From NCBI GenBank assembly GCA_965222155.1, contig CBDCTH010000012.1, positions 1,728,001 to 1,792,000 on the forward strand: 64,000 bases of DNA, given 5' to 3'. The position numbers and the translations under genes were made by a program. Below are positions 40,831 to 52,006 of the stretch, piece by piece. The first letter of the stretch is position 1. Each line of letters opens with the position of its first letter. The stretch comes from Gammaproteobacteria bacterium. GTDB lineage: Bacteria; Pseudomonadota; Gammaproteobacteria; Eutrophobiales; Eutrophobiaceae. The notes under the pieces were generated by a model, which saw only the letters and a program-made list of their open reading frames with translations, made no database searches and was not told the origin of the DNA.

Positions 40831-41910
40831 GTGAATGAATTTTCAGTAAACACTGCCGTTGATTATCCCCGCACGGCGAGAACAGTCCTGAGCGGTAATG
40901 AGAAATCATTGTCAAAAACATTTGAACTTATCCGTTCTGACAATAAGTTACTAACTATAGTTAAAGTAAATGATAATGAAAATACCCTCTATAGCACCCG
41001 CATCAATCTTGTTGCGGAAGAAGGCATAGGTTATTGGGAATTTCTACAACTTTCCGAAGACTTATATGTCATTGCAACTGATTGCCAATATCACAATACC
41101 CATGCTGAAACGGTTTTAGGTGAAGATTTCCTCGAATTTCATTTCAAGGTTTCCGGTGAACTGCTTATGGAATTAGGCGAGGAGGAAAAACTCAGTATCA
41201 GAGGCCCCTCCCTGTTAATCTGGAAACAACCGGCGGGATGCAATATAAAAGAATGGATTAAAGGTGGAACCCGGGAATCATCTCTGACCCTGTATTGTAA
41301 ACCAAGCTTATTTACAACAAGACTGGGAATGACGCCAGGTCAACTCCCCCGGATAGTCGAGTCGTTTATAAATGGTGAAAACAAGGCCATAGAGCATGAA
41401 GTTATTCCGCTCAATCCCGCCCTGGGATTTTCCATAACCAATTTGTTGCGTTCCGACTTTACCGATAATTTCCATCTGATACATACGAAGGCGAAAACAT
41501 ACGATTTACTATGCGATATCCTGCAATACATTTGCTCCCCGAATGTGCATAGCGGTGAAAATGCCAGGCCGTTGTCTACTTATGAAAAACAAAGACTGCA
41601 ACAGGCAAGGGATATTCTATCAACGACTTTCAGCCCACACCCCACAATAAAAGACCTGGCCAGGGAAATCGGACTTAATGAGACCAAATTCAAACGAGGC
41701 TTCAAGAAACTGTTCGGTTCAACCATTTATGAATATGGAAATTACCACCGCATGCAAAAAGCACTGGAGCTTTTACAAACAAGTGAATTATCCATATCGG
41801 ATATCGCCCAGGCGGTCGGCTACGAATATCAGACCAGCTTTACCGCTGCCGTGAAACATTTCTTTGGTGTAACACCAAAACAATTACGGGATAGTACATT
41901 AAAAAATTAG
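40831..41910 (+). CDS. AraC-family transcriptional regulator
   Basis: C-terminal LAREIGLNETKFKRGFKKLFG...IAQAVGYEYQTSF. Confidence 0.88.
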   Translation: MNEFSVNTAVDYPRTARTVLSGNEKSLSKTFELIRSDNKLLTIVKVNDNENTLYSTRINLVAEEGIGYWEFLQLSEDLYVIATDCQYHNTHAETVLGEDFLEFHFKVSGELLMELGEEEKLSIRGPSLLIWKQPAGCNIKEWIKGGTRESSLTLYCKPSLFTTRLGMTPGQLPRIVESFINGENKAIEHEVIPLNPALGFSITNLLRSDFTDNFHLIHTKAKTYDLLCDILQYICSPNVHSGENARPLSTYEKQRLQQARDILSTTFSPHPTIKDLAREIGLNETKFKRGFKKLFGSTIYEYGNYHRMQKALELLQTSELSISDIAQAVGYEYQTSFTAAVKHFFGVTPKQLRDSTLKN

Positions 41911-42005
41911 TTTCCGGGATATCGATAGCAACTCCGTCGCCATTCCCGAGCAAGCGGGAATCCAGTCAGTGCCGGTATGACGGGGGACATGGCAAGTTAA
42001 ACCAG

Positions 42006-44285
42006 CTATTTCCAGCGATAGCCGATACTGCCGCCGACCCAGCGCGGCGGCGCATAGGATTCGATACCATAACCGCCACCGGCGTAGGAAAGATCAAACG
42101 CGTAGACTGTGCGTTCAACATCGGTAAGGTTGTTCACGAACAAGCTTGCGTCCCAGCAGACATCCTGGCTGGTATAGGTGAGACGGGCATTGGCGACGAA
42201 ATAATCATCATCACTCAGTACAGGGTGGTTGATGGTGCTGTAGAAACGATCGTCCACATAGTTAAAATCCCCCTGTATCGCCAGTGAACCGCCAAAAGCA
42301 GGCCACTCATAGCGGGCCAACCCGTTTATGGATAATTCAGGGGCAAACGGCATTTCCTGTTTGGCCGTTCTACCGGAGGGGAGTATCACACCGCTGACTT
42401 CAGTATCAACATAGGCGAGACCCAATATGATATCCAGGCCATCAACAGGCGTTGCCTGAAATTCAACCTCACCACCATAAAGTTCGGCATCAGCATTGAA
42501 CAACACAACAGCGACACCGATAAAGTTATAGGCCTGGTAATCGTCGTAATCATAGTAAAACATACTGGCATTTAACCTTGCCCGGCCATTGGCAAAGTTT
42601 GCTTTAAAACCACCTTCATAGTTGACCAGTTCCTCGGGCTTGATCTGCAGGCTGGCCAGGCTTACGCCCGCACCGGCGCCGACTGTTGCGTTAAGCGCCC
42701 CACCCTTATTGCCACGGGTGACACCGGCATACAACAACAGGTCATCATTGGGACGATAGTTCAACTCAATCTTACCCGCCCAGTCACCATCTGAACGGCC
42801 ACCGGTAATGTGGGTATCAAAGGCAATTCCGAAGGCATCACAGGTGCCGGCAAGACCAGACGCACTGAAACCAAAGGCGTCGGTATCGAGGCACTGGTTT
42901 AACAGGTCAATTTTCTTCTCATCTTCGGTCCAGCGCAAACCACCAATTACTGACATCTGTTCGGTAAAGGCAATTTCCGCCTGCCCGAATATCGCCCAGG
43001 TTTCAGTCTCATGATTAAAATCATCAAAAAAGTTTATATCGAAAAACGGCGACTGATCGACCTGTTGGCGGGAATCACTGTCAATATTGAGATAATAACC
43101 ACCCAACACCCATTCCATGCTATCCGAGCTTCCGTTCAACCTGATTTCCTGGGATATCTGATCCGCATCCTGCTCCTGGTAGAAGGTAGTGACAGGTAAT
43201 GGAGAGCTGTCGTTATCTTCCAGATAGGCTTTGTCAATAGTCTGATAGTCGGTAATGGAGGTCAGGGTAATTGAATCGCTGATTTCCCAGGTGATGGTCC
43301 CGCTGAAACCAAACATCTCTCTGTCAAAGAAACCAATGGTATCCGGTGATACGCTGAAGACATCACCGGTTTCAGTATTGCCGTAACAATCCGAACCCCC
43401 CGGTGGAGTGACAGTAGGGAATCCATTGAAACCGGAGCAGAAACCATCCAGTAATGCCCGGTTGGTGTCTGTAATTTTTTCACTTAAGCCATCGTTGTCA
43501 AAATTCGGCGCCGAACCTATCTGATGATAGACGCCAGCATTGGTATTATCCGTATTGCTGTAGCGTGCGCTCAGCAACACATTTACCTGATCGCTGATAT
43601 CCACATCCAACTGGCCGCGTACATTGATGGTGGCATTTTCCACGATATCCTCACCACCGGTATTTTCATAATAGCCGTCATGATGTTCGGATGAGAAAGA
43701 CAGACGTCCACGTACGCTATTGGAGAACGGGCCACTAATTGCCGCCTCTGAACGGATCTTGTCATATTCGGCATATGTCAGATCGGCAAAGGCTTCAAAC
43801 TCATACGTTGGTTTTTTTGTCACCAGGTGAATCAGGCCACCAGTGGCGTTTCGTCCAAATAAAGTACCCTGTGGGCCGCGTAACACTTCCACTCGCTCAA
43901 GATCAAACATGGAGACATTCACGCCACCGATGAAACTGACATAGGCGCCGTCGACATAAACGGCATTCGGTGATTCCTGGTGATCGGCAAAATCCAGTTG
44001 TGCAACTCCCCGGAGATTGAGTGTCGTGGCTGCACCTGCTCCCCCGTACTCGCCGATCAGTAAACCGGGCGTCTGGTTTTCCAGGTCGGTGGTGTCTTCT
44101 ACCCCCAAGGCACGTAGTTGAGCACCACTGAATGCAGTAACTGAAATCCCCACGTCCTGCATGTTCTGCTCTCGTTTTTGTGCGGTAACAACGATTTCTT
44201 CCAGTAATTGGGCATTGGCTATCAGTGGCAATGCCAAAACAGCTAACGTTAACAATGAAGATGAAAATATTTTATAAATGCGCAT
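42006..44285 (-). CDS. TonB-dependent receptor
   Basis: Signal peptide; EEIVVTAQKREQ, ERVEVLRGPQGTLFGRNATGG; C-terminal GYRW. Confidence 0.93.
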   Translation of the reverse strand: MRIYKIFSSSLLTLAVLALPLIANAQLLEEIVVTAQKREQNMQDVGISVTAFSGAQLRALGVEDTTDLENQTPGLLIGEYGGAGAATTLNLRGVAQLDFADHQESPNAVYVDGAYVSFIGGVNVSMFDLERVEVLRGPQGTLFGRNATGGLIHLVTKKPTYEFEAFADLTYAEYDKIRSEAAISGPFSNSVRGRLSFSSEHHDGYYENTGGEDIVENATINVRGQLDVDISDQVNVLLSARYSNTDNTNAGVYHQIGSAPNFDNDGLSEKITDTNRALLDGFCSGFNGFPTVTPPGGSDCYGNTETGDVFSVSPDTIGFFDREMFGFSGTITWEISDSITLTSITDYQTIDKAYLEDNDSSPLPVTTFYQEQDADQISQEIRLNGSSDSMEWVLGGYYLNIDSDSRQQVDQSPFFDINFFDDFNHETETWAIFGQAEIAFTEQMSVIGGLRWTEDEKKIDLLNQCLDTDAFGFSASGLAGTCDAFGIAFDTHITGGRSDGDWAGKIELNYRPNDDLLLYAGVTRGNKGGALNATVGAGAGVSLASLQIKPEELVNYEGGFKANFANGRARLNASMFYYDYDDYQAYNFIGVAVVLFNADAELYGGEVEFQATPVDGLDIILGLAYVDTEVSGVILPSGRTAKQEMPFAPELSINGLARYEWPAFGGSLAIQGDFNYVDDRFYSTINHPVLSDDDYFVANARLTYTSQDVCWDASLFVNNLTDVERTVYAFDLSYAGGGYGIESYAPPRWVGGSIGYRWK

Positions 44286-44635
44286 AATTATAGATCCCCC
44301 ATTGGTACAGCAAGAATATAATCGTTTTGAATAAAACTGGGCAACGCTAACACGTGGGGCAACAAGATTGATTAGGAAAATGGGAGTATTTTTTACTTGT
44401 AAGGTTCAATATTGATATGTGTTGTCAAAATTCAACTTTTGGATTGTCGTGAGTGCCGTTTTAGCTCCAGGCACCATCGCTGCTCCAGTGCTACTTAGTA
44501 AATTCGCGTTATCTACTATGTAGCACCTACATATGAGTGTCTACTAACCTTGTCCATTAGTGCACTTTCGGCATTAATGTCGTCCTTTAGAATATGTTCG
44601 GGAACAGCAGCAATATTTGTATCATCTGTGACAGG

Positions 44636-45838
44636 TCAGGACTGATCGGGATGGTGTATGTCTTCAACGGGTAATTGAGGCACTTTATTAGCTGATGCAT
44701 CCATGCCGGAAAGAATTTTCCCAGCCACTAATTTTTGAAAATGCAATGTCGTTGTTTCCTGAACAGGAGCAAAGGCGCCGCCCGTAAAGGCTTCAGACGT
44801 CCGGCCCCTTTGTGCCGATTCACAGATACCTATGTCCTCATTATTTACCTGGGACAACATATCCATGAGCTGTTGCCGGTCATGCTGGAGTTCAGGATTG
44901 GAAGCACAATCACCAATCAGGAACAGCTCTATGCGCTCCCTGGTTAAAATCGGCGAAACAGGCATGATGATATTAGCGAAAAAGAAGTCCGCCATGGAAA
45001 TGATGAGCAGGTTTGAAGGCAGGTACATCGATTCGCCGGTGGCAAATTCCTCAGGTTTTAAACCCGGGAAGGTCCTGAATTTCCCGGCATAGGAAACGCT
45101 CGGATTATGGCCTTTGACTCCCTGCCCGAGATAATGCCCTGCTCCGAGTATCTGGTAGTGCTCACCCATAGGATTAAATGCATTCATGGATCTATGCACC
45201 CAGGGAAGGTGGTAACTTTCCACAAAGTTTTCCACCACCAGCTTCCAGTTTGCTTCAAATTCCGGTCTTTGACCGAGATTTTTTACGTGTTCCAGCAAGG
45301 AAAGATCAATATGACTCCAACGGTCACTGAGTGGCCTGATAAAATCACTGAAATCTTCGCCATCGCCCGACAAATCTACAAATATCAACCCGGCCCATAC
45401 CCCCGAGCGGACTTCTTTCAGTCCCAATGCCGATTTTTCTATCTCATTGCATTCGTGAATACCTTCGCCACCAACATGAGGCGTTTGTTTCAGATCGCCA
45501 TCAAGATCGTAACTCCATGAATGATAGGGACATACCAGGGTTGTGCGCCTGCCCGGTTGTTCTACCAGTTGAGCGCCGCGATGGCTGCAAACATTATGAA
45601 ACACACGGATATTGGAATCCCTGGTTCGGACTACCAGCAGGGGTTGCTCAAGGATTGTGACCGGATACACGTCGCCATCGTCCTGCACATCACTGACCAG
45701 GCCGACGCATAACCATGAATCACGGAAGAAGTATTTTTTTTCTGCATCCAAGACATCAGTTGAAGTAAAAAAACGGCCGGGCATGCCTTTTGATTCGAAT
45801 ACTGTTTCTTTTAGTTCATTTGTTATCGCGTCATACAT
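44636..45838 (-). CDS. Rieske non-haem oxygenase alpha subunit (choline/betaine monooxygenase-like)
   Basis: NVCSHRG...CPYHSW; NWKLVVENFVESYHLPWVH; EDIGICE. Confidence 0.88.
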   Translation of the reverse strand: MYDAITNELKETVFESKGMPGRFFTSTDVLDAEKKYFFRDSWLCVGLVSDVQDDGDVYPVTILEQPLLVVRTRDSNIRVFHNVCSHRGAQLVEQPGRRTTLVCPYHSWSYDLDGDLKQTPHVGGEGIHECNEIEKSALGLKEVRSGVWAGLIFVDLSGDGEDFSDFIRPLSDRWSHIDLSLLEHVKNLGQRPEFEANWKLVVENFVESYHLPWVHRSMNAFNPMGEHYQILGAGHYLGQGVKGHNPSVSYAGKFRTFPGLKPEEFATGESMYLPSNLLIISMADFFFANIIMPVSPILTRERIELFLIGDCASNPELQHDRQQLMDMLSQVNNEDIGICESAQRGRTSEAFTGGAFAPVQETTTLHFQKLVAGKILSGMDASANKVPQLPVEDIHHPDQS

Positions 45839-45845
45839 CTGATGG

Positions 45846-48272
45846 CTACCTCATTTTTTTACCATCGGGATCATAAGGGGAGATATCAAGCAACACAGCG
45901 GGTCTGCGCTCGCCCAGAAGCGATATCTCAAATTCCCGACTATCGCCAACGAATTCTGATTTTAAGTACCCCATTGCCAGGCTCTTTTCTACCGTATGCC
46001 CATATCCACCCGATGTAGCAAACCCAGCCGGCAGGTCGCCGGACCATATTGGTTCATAGCCACCCACATCCGTATCGACAGCATCAATTTCGAAGCTTAC
46101 CAGTTTATGATCCGGCTTCGTATCCCTGTCCCGTAGTACTGCGTCACGGCCGATGAAGTCCGACTTGTCGTAATCAACAAACATATCAAGACCACACATT
46201 TTTGGTGTGTAATCCGGACTGAATTCCCGCGACCATATACCATAAGACTTTTCCAACCTCAGGGAAAGTAAAGCATAAATACCGTAGTCACGTAGTTTAT
46301 AACCAGCGTCATTTGCTATTGATTTCAATTGCTTATACACAGAGACAATATCAACGGGCGACAGGTAAATTTCATAACCCAGTTCGCCTGTAAATGAGAT
46401 ACGCGCTATGGTGGACGGGCAACCACCGATCTCTGCAGTTCGTACAGACAGGAATTTGAACTCATCATTCTCCAGCGATGTGTCTGTAATTCCCTGGAGT
46501 ATTTCCCTGGAAAATGGGCCTGCAAGAGACAAGCCACAAAGTGTATCTGTTTGATTTTGGATATTTACTCTTTCTCCATTCAGGTGGTTTTGAAACCAAC
46601 GGGTGTGGAATCTTTGCAAAGAACCCGAACCCATCAGCATAAAGCGATCATCAGCCAGACGCATTGCAGTGAGATCGCCCATCAGTCGGCCATTCTCCGC
46701 AAGTATGGGCGCCAGACGTGCCCGACCCACGCCTGGTAGTTTGGAGGTGACTATTTTATCCAGCCATTGTTCAGCATCAGGACCTGATATTTCATATTTG
46801 GCATAGCCGGAGATATCGAGCACACCTGCATTACTGCGGACCGCTCGACATTCCGCCGCCACTGTTTCAAAGGCATTGGACCGGCGCAGGCTTGGGGTTT
46901 CAATAGCATATTCGTCCGGAGGGGCAAAATAAAGTGGCATTTCCAATCCATCGCTTACACCAAATACAGCATTTTCCTGTTTAAAACTATCGTACAAGGG
47001 CGTTGTAAGAGCGGGACGGCCAGCCGGCCAGAATTCATTGGGACAGGTCATGCGCATACGTCGCTCGTAAAACTCCGTAGCCCTGGCCAATGTATAATCT
47101 TTGTTTGCATAGTCGCCAAAACGAGCGATATCCATCCCAAACACATCACCGTCCGGCTGGCCATCAATCATCCATTGCGCCAGAGTCAGGCCAATGCCGC
47201 CTCCCTGTGCAAATCCCGCCATCACAGCGCAAGCAACCCAGTAATTTTGAACACCGTTAACAGGTCCCACCAATGGATTACCATCCGGTGAAAAGGTAAA
47301 TGGGCCATTGACCACACGTTTGATTCCTGCCTCGGATACCTCCGGGAAACGTTTAAAACCTTTTTCCAGCGCACCATACAAACGTTCGAGATCATTCGGA
47401 AGCAGGTCGCTTTCACCATAATCCCATGATGTGCCCCCAACGGCCCAGGGAGTCGCCGGGGTTTCATAGACACCTAAAAGCACGCCATCGCGCTCCTGGC
47501 GCAGATACATCTCCCCGTCAAGATCTACGATGGTGGCGATCTCCTGTTCACGACTTATCAGGCTTGGAAGCCCTTCAGTAATCAAATAATGATGCTCAAA
47601 TGGGTGTAAGGGTAGTTGCAGACCCACCATCTCCCCTACTTCCCTGGCCCACAGACCTGCAGCATTTACTACATGTTCTGTCTTTATGGCCCCTTTATCC
47701 GTAATGACATCCCAACTGCCATCCATTTGCGGGTTTAGTTCTACAACCCTGGTATGCCGGTAAACTTTTGCTCCTTGCTGCTGTGCGGCCCTGGCATAGC
47801 CGTGAGTAATGCTATAGGGATCAATATGTCCCTCGTCTACCATGAATATGCCGCCCTTAAGATCGGAAACGTCAACAATGGGGCACAGTTCCTGTATTTC
47901 TGCGGGGCTGATCAGTTCCGATTCAATCCCCATGACTTTATGCCGTGCAGCTTCATTTTTCAGCATGTCCCACCAGGTATCGGTTGCCGCGAGGTTTATG
48001 CCGCCGGTTAAATGCATACCGACGGAAGCACCGGTGATCTTTTCAATCTCGTGGTAGAGATCGATCGTGTATTTCTGCAATCGGGCGACATTCGGATCGC
48101 CGTTGAGGGTGTGGAAACCACCAGCTGCATGCCAGGTTGAACCGGCGGTAAGCTCTTTTCTTTCCAGCAGCACTACGTCTGACCAACCCAGTTTAGTGAG
48201 ATGGTAGAGAATGCTGCAGCCGACCACCCCGCCGCCGATGACCACAACTTGTGTATGTGTTTTCAAATGCAC
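45846..48272 (-). CDS. Dimethylglycine/sarcosine dehydrogenase-like flavoprotein with GcvT domain
   Basis: VIGGGVVG, GSTWHAAG, NGPFTFSPDGNPLVG, RISFTGELGYE, LRLEKSY. Confidence 0.9.
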   Translation of the reverse strand: MHLKTHTQVVVIGGGVVGCSILYHLTKLGWSDVVLLERKELTAGSTWHAAGGFHTLNGDPNVARLQKYTIDLYHEIEKITGASVGMHLTGGINLAATDTWWDMLKNEAARHKVMGIESELISPAEIQELCPIVDVSDLKGGIFMVDEGHIDPYSITHGYARAAQQQGAKVYRHTRVVELNPQMDGSWDVITDKGAIKTEHVVNAAGLWAREVGEMVGLQLPLHPFEHHYLITEGLPSLISREQEIATIVDLDGEMYLRQERDGVLLGVYETPATPWAVGGTSWDYGESDLLPNDLERLYGALEKGFKRFPEVSEAGIKRVVNGPFTFSPDGNPLVGPVNGVQNYWVACAVMAGFAQGGGIGLTLAQWMIDGQPDGDVFGMDIARFGDYANKDYTLARATEFYERRMRMTCPNEFWPAGRPALTTPLYDSFKQENAVFGVSDGLEMPLYFAPPDEYAIETPSLRRSNAFETVAAECRAVRSNAGVLDISGYAKYEISGPDAEQWLDKIVTSKLPGVGRARLAPILAENGRLMGDLTAMRLADDRFMLMGSGSLQRFHTRWFQNHLNGERVNIQNQTDTLCGLSLAGPFSREILQGITDTSLENDEFKFLSVRTAEIGGCPSTIARISFTGELGYEIYLSPVDIVSVYKQLKSIANDAGYKLRDYGIYALLSLRLEKSYGIWSREFSPDYTPKMCGLDMFVDYDKSDFIGRDAVLRDRDTKPDHKLVSFEIDAVDTDVGGYEPIWSGDLPAGFATSGGYGHTVEKSLAMGYLKSEFVGDSREFEISLLGERRPAVLLDISPYDPDGKKMR

Positions 48273-48374
48273 AAACCAATGCTGATTATGATGATTTGAG
48301 ATTAATGCAGTTAATTGCAGAAAAAATACTCAAATAGTTCTGATTTTGCGGAGATGAGTAATATTTGAGGGTAA

Positions 48375-48540
48375 TGCTGAAAACGCTGCCGCTTCCAATA
48401 TACCCCCTTCGATAACCTGGTCGAGAAAACCCAGCGCTGGCAGAGTTTTACCGAAGCCTCCTGGGAACTGAGTGATGCTGTGACGCTCAGCACTGAATTC
48501 CTGTACAGCGAAAGCCGAGTACCGGACTGGAAAACCATCA
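48375..48540 (+). pseudogene. Internal fragment of a TonB-dependent receptor
   Basis: + frame reads CRFQYTPFDNLVEKTQRWQSFTEASWELSDAVTLSTEFLYSESRVPDWKT, resembling TBDR barrel strands. Confidence 0.5.
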
Positions 48541-48603
48541 TCGATAATCCGTTCCACGCGCACCACATCGGCCCTATGGAATAGTAATACTGGTCGGAGA
48601 TTA

Positions 48604-49734
48604 TCAGTTATTGTTATTCAAGCTGAATATCATCCGATCTTCAGCGAGAATGACGGGGCCATCATATTGCTGTTTCATGGCATGGATAAACTTGCCCCAG
48701 ATTGCGGGGCCCGGGCTCGAACCAAGATAAAGGCTGGACATCTCAATTGCCGCCGGGACGCTGGTATAGGGTGCAAGATGGTAGGCAACCAGTTTTTTCG
48801 CATTCACCTCACTGGCCAGTTGTCCTAACTGGGTCGGGCTGGTATGACCGGTCTGGGGACGCTCTTTCATCAATTCTTCCTTGTGAAAGTCCTTGAGGCT
48901 GAACTTGCCCCCGGAAGTCATACCCAGATCCGGTTTGACGCATTCGTGCACCAGTATGTCCACGTCTTTTGCCAGGGCTTTCATCCCTTCGGATACAGCC
49001 GTATCGCCACTGATTGCAACGGAACCGTAATCTGAGTCAACCCGGTAACCCAGACTTTTTACCGCGGGATCGGGAAGATGCTTTGTCTCAAGACAGGAAA
49101 CCTTGAAGCGATCTGTTTCCAATACCGTGCCCGGATCGATATCATGCACCTCGTAGGGCGGCTCCTCCCGTGGACGCTTGGTCATATGTGGCGGCCAGTA
49201 CTTGAGAATAGTCCCTACGAAGTCAACATTCATGGCGTGCATATGACGGATAGCGCCTTCCGACATCTGTTCTGTCCCAACAGGACCATATACGTAAACC
49301 GTTTCTTGTCTGCCGGCAATCCAGTTTGTTATCGCGAAATAGTCATAATCGGAGATATGGTCAAAGTGCAGGTGGGTAAAGAACAGGTGATCGATCTTCA
49401 TCGGGTTTATCCCGACCAGCATCAGGTTTTCCAGTACCCGGCGGCCGCAATCGAACTGCAGCACCGTAGCGTCGATGACAACCGCACAACTGGCGCCGCC
49501 GCGCAGCGGGTCCGGCAAGGCCGAACCGGAACCGGTGATAACCAGTTGCATCCCTTTTTTATTCAGATCGACGGTCGCATTAGCAGGCTGACCCATGGAT
49601 TCTGCTTTACCGGTAGCAGCGCGGGCCTGGCGCGTTGCCAAGGCTGATACGCCCGTCAGGGCTCCACCGGCCAGTCCTGCCAGGATGTTGCGACGAATCT
49701 GATCGAATTTCCTGAACCTGTTATACATTGACAT
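48604..49734 (-). CDS. Tat-exported MBL-fold hydrolase (RNase Z/arylsulfatase AtsA-like)
   Basis: IRRNIL signal; TGSGS, FDCG, THLHFDH, SGDT, LVHE, GHTSP; start placed at ATG 49734. Confidence 0.82.
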   Translation of the reverse strand: MSMYNRFRKFDQIRRNILAGLAGGALTGVSALATRQARAATGKAESMGQPANATVDLNKKGMQLVITGSGSALPDPLRGGASCAVVIDATVLQFDCGRRVLENLMLVGINPMKIDHLFFTHLHFDHISDYDYFAITNWIAGRQETVYVYGPVGTEQMSEGAIRHMHAMNVDFVGTILKYWPPHMTKRPREEPPYEVHDIDPGTVLETDRFKVSCLETKHLPDPAVKSLGYRVDSDYGSVAISGDTAVSEGMKALAKDVDILVHECVKPDLGMTSGGKFSLKDFHKEELMKERPQTGHTSPTQLGQLASEVNAKKLVAYHLAPYTSVPAAIEMSSLYLGSSPGPAIWGKFIHAMKQQYDGPVILAEDRMIFSLNNNN

Positions 49735-49904
49735 AGCTGTTATCCGGTTAGTGACCAGAGTCGAATTTACACTGAACTCGATCGGAAGAAAACCCCGACG
49801 CTCAGTGACAGACATAAATGCCATTACCCAAACCGGCATTATTTGCGCGTTTATGTCAGACACCACCCCGTACCGAAAAATCTGCTCTAATGTGGAGGGT
49901 TGTT

Positions 49905-50110
49905 CAGGGCAAACGCATACTTTTGAATTCAGACGTTTTTACCCGATTCCGTCATTCTGGCGCAAGCCAGAATCCAGTGAATAACCCTTCATCACCATGA
50001 TCATGCGCTGTTGTTTGACTGGATGCTGGCATTCGCCAGCATGACGGGCGGCGTTTTCCGGTTGGTTTCCTGTCTTCTGCAACAGAATCCAAAAGTATGC
50101 GTTTGCCCTG
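49905..50110. mobile_element. 206-bp MITE with 26-bp TIRs and 10-bp target duplication
   Basis: CAGGGCAAACGCATACTTTTG(A/G)ATTC ends (25/26 match); GAGGGTTGTT at 49895-49904 and 50111-50120. Confidence 0.88.
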
Positions 50111-50299
50111 GAGGGTTGTTCACCTGCTCACTGACGGGATTGGCTTACCGACCCCGATGGAGTATTATCAGCAAATTACACAGACCGCCTGATACTGGCC
50201 TGCGCCAGCACAGGCTTGTCTCATATATATTGAACCTGGACACGCCGTGGACAACATTAAACCGAGCCGCGACAATCCCGGAGACCTGATGATACGCAA

Positions 50300-51489
50300 A
50301 TGAAAATAGAATCTATTCGACTGAAGAATTTCAAAGCGTTAAAGGACGTTGAAATGAGAGATATTCCTCGTCTTTGCGTACTTGTCGGTGCTAATGGTAG
50401 CGGCAAAAGTACGCTTTTCGGTGTTTTTGGTTTTTTGCGAGAAGCTATGAATAGCAATGTCAACACAGCTTTAACTAAATTAGGCGGAAGTTGCAGTTTC
50501 AAAGAGGTTCGCAGTCGTAACCAGGAGGGGGCGATTGAAATAGAGATTAAATTCAGAAAAAAAGCTACGGGGACAGGCAATACCAATCCACTCATTACCT
50601 ATTCTCTCCAAATCAACGAGAAAAATGATCGGGTTTTCGTGGAACATGAGATTTTGAAGTATAGACGAGGAAGCAAGGGACAACCATCGCATTTCCTTAA
50701 TTTTTCTGGTGGAAGCAGAAATGCCGTCACCAATGAACTGGAGGACGTTGAAGAAGATAGTGAGCTTGAACGAGAGGAACAAACGTTGAAATCGGATGAT
50801 ATTCTGGCCATTAAAGGATTGGCCCAATTTGAACGGTTTCCCGCAGCCGTCGCCTTGGGCAATTTAATTGAACACTGGCATATTTCAGATTTCCACATCA
50901 GTAAAGCTCGACCGGAACAAGAGGCAGGATTCGCGGACCATCTTTCCCGTGAGGGCGATAACCTTTCGCTAGTGGTTGAGTATCTTCACAAGCACCATGA
51001 AGAGACATTTGACACCATTCTCCGTTGTTTGGAGAAACGGGTTCCGGGCATTACCCGGGTTGAATCCAAAACAACCGAAGAGGGACGGGTTCTGCTTAAA
51101 TTCCAGGATGGTTCTTTTGAGGATCCTTTACTGGCACGCTATGTTTCTGATGGAACCATCAAAATGCTTGCCTACCTGGTATTCCTGCTCCCCATCCTCT
51201 GCTGTGCATAGAAGAACCCGAAAATCAGCTTTATCCTCAATTACTGGAAGAGCTGGCAGAAGAATTCCGTAATTATGCCAATCGTAGTGGTCAGGTTTTT
51301 ATTTCCACTCATTCTCCTGATTTTCTTAATGCAGTGGAATTAGACGAGGTCTTCTGGCTGGAAAAAGAGCGAGGATATACACAAATAAAAAGAGCGCAGG
51401 ATGATGCACAGATCAAAACCTATATGGAAGATGGAGATAAAATGGGTTATCTGTGGAAGCAGGGATTGTTTGGCAAGGTGGCTCCTTAA
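50300..51489 (+). pseudogene. ABC/AAA_21 ATPase, frameshifted near 51183
   Basis: GANGSGKST, VSDGT; continues in another frame PAPHPLLCIEEPEN...ISTHSPD to TAA at 51489. Confidence 0.85.
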
Positions 51490-52005
51490 TGACTGATCTT
51501 GTTTGTTTTCTGGAAGAGCGCAGCGCGGAAGAAATGCTAAGGGGAGTGTTGCCAAAAATACTCTGCCCTGAACAGGTTGAGGCGACAAAGTATATTCCTT
51601 TTGAGGGAAAACAGGATTTAGATAAATAAATCGAAAGGCGCTTGAGGGGGTGGCGGACTCCCAACACTAAATTTTTAATCCTCAGAGATAAAGATAGCGG
51701 TGATTGCAAGGATATTAAGCGATCCCTGTCAGATAGGGTGATTTCATCAGGGAAAAAAGACGTTACGTTGATTCGAATTGCCTGTCACGAACTGGAGAGT
51801 TTTTATTTGGGCGATTTGAAAGCAATACAGGCAGCTTTTCCCAAGATGCTTCGGACATCACAAGAGAATAACAAATATCGTAATCCGGATGTGAAGCCAA
51901 AACCTGCCTACGAATTAAGAAGACTCACCAGAGGCCATTATCAGAAAATTGCCGGGTCACGGGCGATTGCAACACATTTAACATTGGATGGCGACAATAA
52001 ATCAG
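51489..52005 (+). pseudogene. DUF4276 (TOPRIM-like) gene with nonsense codon and 3' truncation
   Basis: MTDLVCFLEERSAEEML...FEGKQDLDK*(51627-51629)IERRLRGW...LRDKD...CHELESFYLGD. Confidence 0.8.
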
Positions 52006-52006
52006 G

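Noticed and set aside
48311-48568. Two short minus-strand ORFs in the ORF track
   Set aside because: No recognisable motifs; the plus strand reads as a TonB receptor fragment instead
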